The notes under the pieces were generated by a model. That model saw only the letters and a program-made list of their open reading frames with translations. It was not told the DNA's origin and made no database searches. 55,112 nt of DNA from a virus. Taxonomy: Duplodnaviria; Caudoviricetes. Where the stretch lies: positions 1 through 55,112 of the IMG/VR virus record IMGVR_UViG_3300043399_000050; one strand, 5' to 3'. The translations under genes and the position numbers were made by a program. Positions within the stretch are counted from its first letter, which is position 1, and the number at the start of each line of letters is the position of its first letter. Below are positions 1-8,511 of this stretch, in pieces.

Positions 1-254
1 AGCCGATTACAGAGCCTGCGGTAACCGAACCGACTGCACCAGCCACAGCAGCCGATAGGCCGATAGACGATGCAATCGCAGGGGCAGCAAACGGAATGGC
101 AATCGCAGCGACCACACCGATCACTGTTTTAAGACCACCGCGCCCGCCACCGTGTAGCGTAACTTGTTTGCCGCCAATAGCGCGGGCAATAGGATTCAGG
201 CGATGACCGCCTACTCCACCAAATGCTTCTTCAGGAAGATCAGGTACACCCATT
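1..254. repeat. Terminal direct repeat (left copy); circular overlap of the assembly
   Basis: 1-254 equals 54859-55112 except T127 vs C54985; the reading frame runs across the junction. Confidence 0.95.
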
Positions 255-304
255 GCCAACAGTTGTTTGTTGGTGGGCATCCGGACAAAAGTCGTTGCGC
301 TCAT
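1..304 (-). CDS. 5' part of the internal virion/ejection protein that continues in 53531-55111 (MSATTFVRMPTNKQLLAMGVPDLPEEAF...)
   Basis: ATG at 304 overlaps the TGA of 301..786 (ATGA coupling) and reads in frame into the repeated segment. Confidence 0.85.
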   Translation of the reverse strand, partial: MSATTFVRMPTNKQLLAMGVPDLPEEAFGGVGGHRLNPIARAIGGKQVTLHGGGRGGLKTVIGVVAAIAIPFAAPAIASSIGLSAAVAGAVGSVTAGSVIG

Positions 305-786
305 TTCATAGCCTCCGTTAAGTCGAGTCGCATGTGTGTATACACAGGCTTAAAACCATAGCGAGAAATCACCCGCTCCATTGCTGGGGATACCCATCCC
401 TCAATGTAACGGACACTGTTCATATACGCCCAACCACAAAGCATCTTCCAATACTTCTCATGGAGAGCGTCTAAATCATTACCACCAAGAGCCACAATGT
501 TCATGGCTTTCATTTGGGGGTACGGAACAACCTCAAGTACAAGAGCCAACTTCACAGACTTCGTGATGGTCTTGTCGCACTTCACAACAAACACATACAT
601 TCTGCCCTGCATTGCCGCTTGGTGAATATCTTCAATAGTCAACTCACCGTGCATTGCTCGCTTGACGCAGCGTTCTAGCAAGGGCTTAGCCGCAGGCCAG
701 TACATGTCGAAGTTCTCCTTAGTGCTAAGGAGCAGTGGCTCGAAGTCGTCAAGAGGAATGGGGTCAAACCCCGGTGTTTGTGTCAT
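301..786 (-). CDS. GNAT-like virion assembly protein (T7 gp13/P22 gp14-like position)
   Basis: 161 aa; NIVALGG...IEGW...R.GF pattern; lies between the nozzle region and the ejection genes. Confidence 0.55.
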   Translation of the reverse strand: MTQTPGFDPIPLDDFEPLLLSTKENFDMYWPAAKPLLERCVKRAMHGELTIEDIHQAAMQGRMYVFVVKCDKTITKSVKLALVLEVVPYPQMKAMNIVALGGNDLDALHEKYWKMLCGWAYMNSVRYIEGWVSPAMERVISRYGFKPVYTHMRLDLTEAMK

Positions 787-1721
787 ACGTATTTCTTCAG
801 AAGGTTGTCAAAAAACTCACGGCCCTTTGCATCCACAATCTTTTTGGGAATCACATACTCGCCGGGAGAAACATTGATCGCCACATCATCACGCTTACCA
901 GAACCATCACGGGTAGGCGACATATTGCGCGGAACATAACCACCACCTGCCATATTCATAACAGGCTGTTGTTGACCACCCATTGGCATTGCACCCATAC
1001 CACCTGCTTCACGGGCAGAGCGAACAGCCAACAGGATCACAAAGATCAAACCTTGGTCGTACTGAGGCGACAAGTCTTGCTCAGTAGCCATACCTTGCTG
1101 GATAGCAAACTGACGGATGTACTGATACATGTCTGGATTTTGCAGGGCAGTCATTGCCATCTGCTCAGCCATGTTGAGTTCTTCCATCGTGATCTCACCA
1201 GACTGCAAACCTGCTTGAATGGCTTGCGCGATTTGTTGAACCTGTTGTGGGTTCTGCCGCATGAAGTCATTCAGTTGCATTTCCAACTGGCGAGCATCCA
1301 TCGGTTTGCCTTGCTGCATACCCTGAGGCATAACAGGCATACCGTTCTCACCAACCATACCGCCTTCTGCATAAGTAGGCTGGAGACGGAAGTCAAGAAC
1401 AGGTGCTTGTGGATTACTAGCCACCGTGCCAGTTTGTGCCAGTGCATTGTTCTGCTGAATTGCAGGCTCATTGACCATCACCTGTGGAGATGTTGTACCA
1501 AGTAAACCTTGCAACGATGCAGGCAGGTCAAGCGAAGGTGGGGGTGCGGGCAGTTCCGCAGACATCAGTGGAGCCTGAGGCGCCATAACAGGATCAGCAG
1601 GAGTGCTGAGGTTGACAGCCGTTGGGCCTTGTACAGTGGGCAGTCCCGACTGCGGAACAGAGGTCGGCGCAGGGGCTTGCATGTTTAGAATTTCAGTAAC
1701 TGGGTTACGCGAAGCAGCCAT
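783..1721 (-). CDS. Pro/Gln/Met-rich putative internal virion protein
   Basis: 312 aa, low complexity; C-terminal AGGGYV...GSGKRDDVAINVSPGEYVIP motif resembles the A.GG.V.GPG..D.ipa.lS.GE.V motif of tape-measure/ejected proteins. Confidence 0.6.
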   Translation of the reverse strand: MAASRNPVTEILNMQAPAPTSVPQSGLPTVQGPTAVNLSTPADPVMAPQAPLMSAELPAPPPSLDLPASLQGLLGTTSPQVMVNEPAIQQNNALAQTGTVASNPQAPVLDFRLQPTYAEGGMVGENGMPVMPQGMQQGKPMDARQLEMQLNDFMRQNPQQVQQIAQAIQAGLQSGEITMEELNMAEQMAMTALQNPDMYQYIRQFAIQQGMATEQDLSPQYDQGLIFVILLAVRSAREAGGMGAMPMGGQQQPVMNMAGGGYVPRNMSPTRDGSGKRDDVAINVSPGEYVIPKKIVDAKGREFFDNLLKKYV

Positions 1722-1724
1722 GAT

Positions 1725-2072
1725 TTATCCTTTCAACTGGGAGATGAGCGTATTGAGAGTTGACCTCAAAGCCGCGACATCGTTAGCCAATAGTTGTACA
1801 TCGTTAATCAACTTTGCAAACTCGTCTACTGACGCTACATTTACCCCGCTAACAGTATACCCCGTAGGCGACGCTGACACACGAGAAAATGTTGGGTTTG
1901 CAACCGATGAAACTCGCAGCCCACCTTTGACGACTGCCTGACTTGCCCTGTCTGCCTCACCCCGAATACCAGCAAGCAACTCAACATTTTCTTTGAGTGC
2001 GTTCATTACCTGAGATTGCCATTCGGTAACATTACCTGTTGGTATAGAAGGGATGGCAGTAAAGCGAGCCAT
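1725..2072 (-). CDS. Hypothetical virion protein with C-terminal coiled coil
   Basis: 115 aa; start abuts the nozzle gene stop. Confidence 0.7.
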   Translation of the reverse strand: MARFTAIPSIPTGNVTEWQSQVMNALKENVELLAGIRGEADRASQAVVKGGLRVSSVANPTFSRVSASPTGYTVSGVNVASVDEFAKLINDVQLLANDVAALRSTLNTLISQLKG

Positions 2073-4690
2073 TATGCAGTCCTCAATCCGTAAGGGGTTT
2101 CACCAATATGGATGGCTCGGACACGAGCCGAACCGGATACCCCAACTTCAAAGGTATCCGAGCGGTAACCACTGGGCAGGCGGAACACATCGGAGGTAGA
2201 CACCGTGCCTTGGAATACCAATTCTTTGTTGACCCACAACCGGAAGGTAATGGGCAGCACACCGGGGATCGGCAACACTGACCGCATGAAGTTATCCCCG
2301 TTAATCACGGTGGAGTTCAGCGTGCCAAAGTTGGCAATCCGATTCCCTTGTGCATCTAAGCGGTCATAAGGGCCATTCAAGTCGCCCAAGCCTTTAAGGC
2401 AGATAACCGTACCCGTCGTATCAGCAGTCGTGCCGACAGAAGAACCTACGGATGCGTAGGTAAAGGTCGTCGGCCCCGTCACGGTTATGACAACTTGTTG
2501 TGCGTTGAATGTCGATGCTGTGCCGCCCGTGAAACCAGTGATGTCAATCCTTGACCCAGTGACCAAGTTATGCGGCACTGCGGTAGTGATAGTTGCCACA
2601 TTGGACGCACGGGCATAAGACGCCGTTTGTGTCGGGGTGGAGTAATCCAGCCAGACTTGGGCGTTGAACGCCGGAACCCCAGCGTTGTAGGCGGCAATAG
2701 CCTCAGCCTCCTCATCAGGAGTCTGGAAGTCGGCAATCACACGGGCTGCACCAAGGTTCAGAAAGTCCTTGGTCACAATCACTTTGGACTTCCACTCCAT
2801 TGCAGATAGAGGCTGACCGCGCTGATCCCAGCGTAACAGGTTGCCAAGGTTGTCAGCGATATAGTAGAAGTCGTTGGTCTGCGGGTCGTACCACGCAGTG
2901 GAGAAGTTGTAGTTGATCCGAACGAAGTAGCCGCCGACACGCTCATCACGCTCAAAGATAAAGGCAGTTGTTCCGTTAGATCCAAAGTACTTGCCGTTGT
3001 AGAACCGCCCAACCAGTTTCGTCAAATCGAAGTCAACCCCCCAAGTATCCCAATCGTGAACATACTTGGTAATCAGGTCAGCACCAGCCGATGGGTTGTA
3101 AACCGCCAAGCCACCAAAGGTGGCATACACCACGCCGAAGCCCATGTTGACCACTGAGCGTTTGGAGACGCAGGGGTAGAGGGTGTCGATGCGGGCAAAC
3201 GCCATAGTCGCTGGGTTGTTACCCGAGACTTGGAACGGGTACTCTTTGGTCAGCACCAGAATGTAACCAGCCACCGCAGCAATCGCCACGATGTCGTACT
3301 CGAAAGTCAGAACATACTCAGGAGGCCAAGCATGTGGGAATCCGGGCTCGGAGAAGAACAACTGGTTGCCATCAAAGCCGCAAAGGATGTTGTTCTGAAC
3401 CAAAGTCAGACCTTTAAGAGTTGCTGGCGGTGAGTCGAAGTTGTCCGTATCGAGAATGTCAAACAGCGTGCGAGAGTCAAAGTCATCCGTAAACCCGAAC
3501 GACCCATCCCCCCAATACCGAGCGGGCTTATCAATCGTCTCAGCCACATCATGGTAGAGCATACCTGCTGTTTCATCTTTTTCCGCTACATCGGCAGCGG
3601 TCTGGTTGTACTCAAAGGTGTAAGCGTCAATGACATCTTCAACAATACCGTCTGTAATGTTAAAGGTCGTGTCTGTACAACCACTGATCTTGAACCGATC
3701 ATCAACCCCAAGGTTGTGTGGAAACTCCAGCGTAACGCGGGACACATTACCTGAGCGGCTAACCCTAGCCAGTTTGGTGGGAAACCACAAGGTGGCAAGG
3801 CGGAAGTACTCTGTTCCTGACGGAGAAGCCAGCGTACGGTACAGCCGCACACCACGAATGAAGTTATCCCCAGCAGGCTTGGCTGTCGGTAGATTGGTCA
3901 CTGTGACCAACTGGCCTTCCTTGATGTATAGGTTTTCGGATGGCTCAGACGCAACCGATTCTTCTTCCCACGGGGTGTACCAAGTGTAAACATAGGAACG
4001 CGGCACGGTATTACCAGCCAGCGATACCCGCCCGTTAGAGTCTGGGGTCGTACTGACTGTTTCGCCGGGAGAGAAGTAGGTGAAAGTCGTATCGTTAATG
4101 ACCGTGACTTCAGCGTTGGTCGCGTTAAAAGTAGCCACGGTGTTAGTCGCCGCAGGGAAACCTGTGATCGACACGATGTTGCCAGTACGCAAGCCGTGGG
4201 CTGTCGAAGTCACAATCGTGGCAATGTTGCCCGTATCTCGCGCCCGTGAGGTTGTGGTTTTCTGTGTGAACGAGGTTGCAACCGTAGTCACCTTGGTTTC
4301 AGGCAACGGCAGACCAAGTTCGTAAAAGTTATTGGGGTAAGGTACACCTGTGGCAGTAGCCAGTGCATAGTTGCTGACCTTAGGTACACCATCGCCCGTG
4401 TAGTAGAACCGCTGCTCGCCATCTTCCGATGCGGTAGCAGTCACGATGTCAACATCGTTCGCCCACGAAAGCCATACCAACTCGCCCGTGTCAGGATCAC
4501 GCAGGGCATAGATTGTCTTGATCTCACCAACACGGTTCACATTACCCGCGTTACTTGGCAGACGGTAGGGAATCAAGTCACCTGAATATAACTTGACATT
4601 AAATGCAGTCTGAGCAGCAGCATCCGGCAGCAACTCCGGGCTGGTCTTTGGTGCTTCTCCGAGAAACTTGACTATCTTTACGGCTGCCAT
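2072..4690 (-). CDS. Tail nozzle / tail tubular protein B-like (DNA stabilisation protein) with three inserted FCCH-like domains
   Basis: 872 aa, beta-rich; LFFSEP..PHAWP and PCVSKRSVV propeller-type motifs; three T..HGL..G..V.I.G...FN....V....TFTY repeats. Confidence 0.75.
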   Translation of the reverse strand: MAAVKIVKFLGEAPKTSPELLPDAAAQTAFNVKLYSGDLIPYRLPSNAGNVNRVGEIKTIYALRDPDTGELVWLSWANDVDIVTATASEDGEQRFYYTGDGVPKVSNYALATATGVPYPNNFYELGLPLPETKVTTVATSFTQKTTTSRARDTGNIATIVTSTAHGLRTGNIVSITGFPAATNTVATFNATNAEVTVINDTTFTYFSPGETVSTTPDSNGRVSLAGNTVPRSYVYTWYTPWEEESVASEPSENLYIKEGQLVTVTNLPTAKPAGDNFIRGVRLYRTLASPSGTEYFRLATLWFPTKLARVSRSGNVSRVTLEFPHNLGVDDRFKISGCTDTTFNITDGIVEDVIDAYTFEYNQTAADVAEKDETAGMLYHDVAETIDKPARYWGDGSFGFTDDFDSRTLFDILDTDNFDSPPATLKGLTLVQNNILCGFDGNQLFFSEPGFPHAWPPEYVLTFEYDIVAIAAVAGYILVLTKEYPFQVSGNNPATMAFARIDTLYPCVSKRSVVNMGFGVVYATFGGLAVYNPSAGADLITKYVHDWDTWGVDFDLTKLVGRFYNGKYFGSNGTTAFIFERDERVGGYFVRINYNFSTAWYDPQTNDFYYIADNLGNLLRWDQRGQPLSAMEWKSKVIVTKDFLNLGAARVIADFQTPDEEAEAIAAYNAGVPAFNAQVWLDYSTPTQTASYARASNVATITTAVPHNLVTGSRIDITGFTGGTASTFNAQQVVITVTGPTTFTYASVGSSVGTTADTTGTVICLKGLGDLNGPYDRLDAQGNRIANFGTLNSTVINGDNFMRSVLPIPGVLPITFRLWVNKELVFQGTVSTSDVFRLPSGYRSDTFEVGVSGSARVRAIHIGETPYGLRTA

Positions 4691-4692
4691 GA

Positions 4693-5145
4693 TTACACCA
4701 ATTCAAAGTGGGGGGCGTCGATAAACGGCCTACGCCCTTGCCTGCGGCGCTCATCAATATAAAAATTCATTGCTGCTTCCATACTGCCATCCCACTTGCG
4801 GATGTCAGGAATGTTCCAAGCAGCACCCCAACGCACAGCAACATCTTGTTCTATTGCTGCTTGCTTTACGGCGTCAGCGATGTTGTCGTACACATTGAGT
4901 TCCCACGAAACCTGTCCGTCGATGTAAGCCACGAGGTCAACGGCATCCCCAGTTAGATGCTTGGAGTCCATCGTCTGGCTCTTGCCAGTCTCCACATACC
5001 TGCGTTGTGTTTCAAGGGTGCGCAGCCCTTCCGTCACCCCGAAGTCCGCGGTGGTGATCTCAATAGCCCGCTTAACGACTGCAACCAACTGAGGCTTGAC
5101 ACCTGCCAGTCGGTCTAGGCTACGCTGAGACAAACGGAAATTCAT
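4693..5145 (-). CDS. Endolysin, M15-family L-Ala-D-Glu peptidase
   Basis: EGLRT..Q, SKHLTGDAVD (SxHxxGxAxD) and DAPHFEL zinc motifs. Confidence 0.92.
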   Translation of the reverse strand: MNFRLSQRSLDRLAGVKPQLVAVVKRAIEITTADFGVTEGLRTLETQRRYVETGKSQTMDSKHLTGDAVDLVAYIDGQVSWELNVYDNIADAVKQAAIEQDVAVRWGAAWNIPDIRKWDGSMEAAMNFYIDERRRQGRRPFIDAPHFELV

Positions 5146-5597
5146 TTAGGCCATGCTCCTTTTAGCGTTCTGGAATCAAGGGCGTGTCCGTCAGCCGTTT
5201 TTGCCAGTCCTTCAATTTCACTGACACACTCTCCGAATACGGCTGAGAGGGTTGTGGTGTAGTTACGGAGGGAGGCGACGGTAGCGGTGGACACACGGTC
5301 GGCGGTGGCAATTTGGTCGCGCAACCGCTGAGCATCAGCGCGAGCAGTAGAAGCAGCGGCAGCATTACGCTGAGCGATACGGTTTGCTTCATTAAGAGCC
5401 TCCTGTTTCTGTTTCTCCATCGCGGTATACCGAGCAAGAGCATCCGCATTTGCTTTGGCGAGTTGTGTCGCATGGTCAGCAACCATCCTGTCGATCTTGG
5501 CGTTCAGCCTCCACCCGTTGGCTGTCCACCCTGCGATACCTGCGATCAGGGCTGCGGTCAAACTCACGATAAGGGTTAGTTTCATGCCGGGCATCAT
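5142..5597 (-). CDS. Rz: Inner-membrane spanin (Rz-like)
   Basis: N-terminal TM, long Ala-rich coiled coil, one Cys, ends AWPK; next to the endolysin. Confidence 0.85.
   Translation of the reverse strand: MMPGMKLTLIVSLTAALIAGIAGWTANGWRLNAKIDRMVADHATQLAKANADALARYTAMEKQKQEALNEANRIAQRNAAAASTARADAQRLRDQIATADRVSTATVASLRNYTTTLSAVFGECVSEIEGLAKTADGHALDSRTLKGAWPK
5162..5392 (-). CDS. Rz1: Outer-membrane spanin lipoprotein (Rz1-like), nested in Rz
   Basis: AGGAGG 6 nt before the ATG at 5392; MKQTVSLSVMLPLLLLLALMLSGC lipobox; Pro-rich mature part. Confidence 0.88.
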   Translation of the reverse strand: MKQTVSLSVMLPLLLLLALMLSGCATKLPPPTVCPPLPSPPSVTTPQPSQPYSESVSVKLKDWQKRLTDTPLIPER

Positions 5598-5793
5598 TTG
5601 TCCATTTATCGTCTACGGTTGCAAACCCAATATACGCGCCCACCACAGCACCCACGAAAATATAGAACGGGCCAGCGACGCTTCCAAGTTCAGCAGAGTC
5701 TGTGAATAGGAGGAGTAAAGGGAATCCCAAGCCTGCAACCAATGAGGCCCAAGCCATGCGTCTCCGATTTTTCCACCTGTCCACATGGTTCAC
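5476..5793 (-). CDS. Putative holin (2 TM)
   Basis: Basic N-terminus, two hydrophobic helices, charged C-tail; in the lysis cluster. Confidence 0.65.
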   Translation of the reverse strand: MNHVDRWKNRRRMAWASLVAGLGFPLLLLFTDSAELGSVAGPFYIFVGAVVGAYIGFATVDDKWTNDARHETNPYREFDRSPDRRYRRVDSQRVEAERQDRQDGC

Positions 5794-6077
5794 TCTTTAT
5801 CCTCTTTGCTGTCGATCTTTTGAAAGATCATGTTCAGCGTATTGTTGACCTGCTTAAAGCCGTCCTTCATGTCTTGCTTTAACTCATCCATGTCTTTTTG
5901 GACATGAGTCATTGCGTCTTTGAAGTCATCACGCCGCACAAAGTCTTGGTGCATTTTGGAGTCCATAGTCTTGATGTCCTGTTTCAAGTCTTGAATGGCG
6001 TCCCAGATAACCTTCAATAGCCAGCCCCCGAAAAAGCCAGCAACACCGACCGCCCAATTGAAAATCACCTGATCCAT
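5790..6077 (-). CDS. N-terminal TM + coiled-coil protein (lysis cluster)
   Basis: 95 aa; hydrophobic N-terminus then heptads; RBS-like AAAGG upstream. Confidence 0.7.
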   Translation of the reverse strand: MDQVIFNWAVGVAGFFGGWLLKVIWDAIQDLKQDIKTMDSKMHQDFVRRDDFKDAMTHVQKDMDELKQDMKDGFKQVNNTLNMIFQKIDSKEDKE

Positions 6078-6100
6078 AATGCGCCTTTCTCACGGTGTGG

Positions 6101-6250
6101 TTACTTCTTGGTTTTCTTCATGCACTTGCCAGCGGCTTTGCACTTAGCGGGGCTAGGACAGCCAGCGCAAGGCTTAAATACCGGGCCACCCTTGGCGTAT
6201 CCCATCGGCTTAGCAGCAGACTTCTTCGTAGTGGGTTTCTTGCTCATCAT
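6101..6250 (-). CDS. Small Lys-rich 4-Cys protein (49 aa), not in the ORF track
   Basis: MMSKKPTTKKSAAKPMGYAKGGPVFKPCAGCPSPAKCKAAGKCMKKTKK; AAGGAG RBS; ATGA overlap with the upstream stop. Confidence 0.75.
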   Translation of the reverse strand: MMSKKPTTKKSAAKPMGYAKGGPVFKPCAGCPSPAKCKAAGKCMKKTKK

Positions 6251-6432
6251 GATGCGGCTCCTTTGAGGACGATAGTTACGATAATGCCTGCCATACCAAC
6301 TATCAAAGTACCAGCAGACCCAATCAAAATCATTTCAAGACGGTCAAGCCGCTTGAGTAATGTTCCATATCGCTCAGCACCGATGACCTCAAGGGCCACC
6401 AAACGAGCGTCAAGTTCCTTGACCGTTGGCAT
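6247..6432 (-). CDS. Small coiled-coil + C-terminal TM protein
   Basis: GGGAGG RBS before the ATG at 6432; MPTVKELDARL...LIVGMAGIIVTIVL. Confidence 0.7.
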   Translation of the reverse strand: MPTVKELDARLVALEVIGAERYGTLLKRLDRLEMILIGSAGTLIVGMAGIIVTIVLKGAAS

Positions 6433-6589
6433 TGTTTGCCTCCCGCACTGCTTGGGTTTGGTCAATCACTGCTGGGAAATCTTCCTCCTCAGGCAGTTCT
6501 GGTTCAATAACTAGGATTCCCTCAGGCGGCACTTCCTCACAACGGGCTAATGCACCGTTGGGGAATAACACAAGAGGGCGGCGTATCAC
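6410..6589 (-). CDS. Small acidic hypothetical protein (59 aa), not in the ORF track
   Basis: GAGG RBS; GTG start overlapping the upstream TGA; MIRRPLVLFPNGALARCEEVPPEG... Confidence 0.55.
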   Translation of the reverse strand: MIRRPLVLFPNGALARCEEVPPEGILVIEPELPEEEDFPAVIDQTQAVREANNANGQGT

Positions 6590-6789
6590 GGCAGTCCTCT
6601 CACAAATGTCTGTGCTGCTTCGGATGACATAGTGTTGCCATCAGCGTCTTGCAGTTCTGCGCCAGCCACCAAGTCTGCTTTTAGTTGTGGATACTCAGCG
6701 GAGCAAGTCAGGCGGCATAGGCCATCGTCATCAATACGGGCAAAGATTTGTTGTTCGCCGTTAACTAAAGGAAGCATTTTATAAATCAT
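6586..6789 (-). CDS. Putative tail-fibre assembly chaperone
   Basis: 67 aa from ATG 6789, coupled to the fibre stop; GAELQDADGN motif; position directly after a fibre gene. Confidence 0.55.
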   Translation of the reverse strand: MIYKMLPLVNGEQQIFARIDDDGLCRLTCSAEYPQLKADLVAGAELQDADGNTMSSEAAQTFVRGLP

Positions 6790-8210
6790 AGTTCTGCACT
6801 CCATCCAAGGTATGCGCCTGCTCCATTAGTTGCATCTGTTCGGGCTAAAGCGCCAGTATTAGCAGTAAGACCAGAAGCAACATTAAATGAAAATCCTATT
6901 GTGTTTTGAGAAGCACTATTAAATGCTGGAACAACATTACAAGTAAAATTAGATGTAGTATTATTTACAGCGTATTGATTTGCTGTTCCGCTAGTTTCCA
7001 AAGCCGTTGGTGCAATTCGCATTTGAACAGGTAAGTTAATAACATATCTTGAAGAAGTGGTTGTTGAACAATAACCAGAAGCAAGGTGAATGTTAGTTGC
7101 TTGTGGAAATATTTTTTGATAATACCGCTGACACAACGCCAACTCAGTACCATACGGTCTACGCTCAAACGGGGTGGCAACAGAGCCTACTTCAAGTTGT
7201 ACACCGGTTATATACCAAGTGGCGTTGAGAGTGCCGATGACTGAAGTTGCGCCTGTGGCTGAAATATATGTAGAACCGGCCCATGCGCTAGCGGTACCAC
7301 TATAGGTAGAGCCAACACCAAGACCAAAGAATAAACGCATCCCTGTTCCAGTTGTTGTTAACCACGTTCCAGAAGTGTCACCAGAAATAGTGATGGTTTT
7401 TTGTTCCCATGTGTCTGCAGATGAAATTGTGTAGGTAAATGGATATGAGCGGTTATGGGCTGAGTTTGCTACTACACCACCAAATGTTCCAGTAAGGCTA
7501 GAGCGCACCCAAAATGAAAGAGTTACTGTTTTAGCATTAGCAGTTCCCCAACCTAAATCAGATAAATTTGTACCTTCAATTTTTTGAATTACGGCAGCAT
7601 ACTGTGTAGCGCCTAAACTTGTATCAGCAGTGGTGGTTGTAATGACCAATGAGTTGACAAAACCCGCTGGTGCTGTGGTACTTTGTTGACCTGTCATCAC
7701 TCCATCGGTATCTTCATCGCATTGAAAACGATCAACTGGAAAAACACCTGAACTGCTCAAAGTAACACTCGCCCCGTTATTCCTCTGGTCAATCCTCATG
7801 TCACCGTTGATGATGCGGTTGCGGAAGTTCACACCTGTATCGACATACGAAGTCAGCACAGGGCTGGCTGCTTGCTTGGTAGCGAGCGAAGCGGTTACGT
7901 CATCTGCGTTGGCCTTCTCATTAAACAGCGCAGCCGTGGGGCGTAACTCAAACCTGTCATTCGTGCTGTATGCACGGGCTGTGGTGTTGTCCTGCGCACG
8001 CACTACAGTCATTGTGTCCGTGCTGCGTGCCGTGACCTTCACAATCTCAAGGTTGTTCGATGTGTCGATCAGTGTGGCGTAGAAATAGTCACCAGCACCG
8101 AGCGTTGGGAAACGCGCACCTTCGCCTGAGTTAAGGACAATAGTAGTTGAACTGCTGGTGATACCAGCGTTCAGCGTACCAAATGCGTTGTTGGTGACTT
8201 TTAATCCCAT
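6786..8210 (-). CDS. Tail fibre / receptor-binding protein 1
   Basis: 474 aa; N-terminal anchor shared with 8512..9783; NRIINGDMRIDQRN...QLEVGSVATPFE.R..G.ELALCQRYY carbohydrate-binding-like fibre domain. Confidence 0.85.
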   Translation of the reverse strand: MGLKVTNNAFGTLNAGITSSSTTIVLNSGEGARFPTLGAGDYFYATLIDTSNNLEIVKVTARSTDTMTVVRAQDNTTARAYSTNDRFELRPTAALFNEKANADDVTASLATKQAASPVLTSYVDTGVNFRNRIINGDMRIDQRNNGASVTLSSSGVFPVDRFQCDEDTDGVMTGQQSTTAPAGFVNSLVITTTTADTSLGATQYAAVIQKIEGTNLSDLGWGTANAKTVTLSFWVRSSLTGTFGGVVANSAHNRSYPFTYTISSADTWEQKTITISGDTSGTWLTTTGTGMRLFFGLGVGSTYSGTASAWAGSTYISATGATSVIGTLNATWYITGVQLEVGSVATPFERRPYGTELALCQRYYQKIFPQATNIHLASGYCSTTTSSRYVINLPVQMRIAPTALETSGTANQYAVNNTTSNFTCNVVPAFNSASQNTIGFSFNVASGLTANTGALARTDATNGAGAYLGWSAEL

Positions 8211-8213
8211 GAC

Positions 8214-8249
8214 TTACTCCTGACTCGGTTCGTCTGCAGGCAGCGGGGT
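8214..8249 (-). pseudogene. C-terminal remnant (TPLPADEPSQE*) of a fibre-chaperone gene
   Basis: Begins 1 nt after the stop of 8251..8502; resembles the GNTPLPADE terminus of small fibre-associated proteins. Confidence 0.45.
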
Positions 8250-8250
8250 G

Positions 8251-8502
8251 CTAGACATTGTTGAAATCTTCCTTGCTGAAACCAAAACGCTCAATCGTAG
8301 ACAAATCTTCCACTTCTTCCCAAATCGGTTCAAGTATTGCGCCTTCATAGCCAGGCTGACCGTATCCTTCTGGGTAAACCTGAACGTCTTGCTTTCTTGT
8401 CATCGAGCCTTTGAGCGACTGCATAAAGTCTGCGTGTTCAGGAGTTCCTGCAATTGCGTCAAGGTCGGCCCGAGTGTTGATTATTGTTTTTAATGGTCTC
8501 AT
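8251..8502 (-). CDS. Hypothetical protein linked to the Mtd-like fibre
   Basis: 83 aa acidic; AAGGGA RBS; 9 nt after the mtd-like stop. Confidence 0.75.
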   Translation of the reverse strand: MRPLKTIINTRADLDAIAGTPEHADFMQSLKGSMTRKQDVQVYPEGYGQPGYEGAILEPIWEEVEDLSTIERFGFSKEDFNNV

Positions 8503-8511
8503 GGTTATCCC

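Noticed and set aside
8251-8502. 83-aa gene as DGR accessory Avd
   Set aside because: Acidic and short, unlike the basic four-helix Avd; no TR follows
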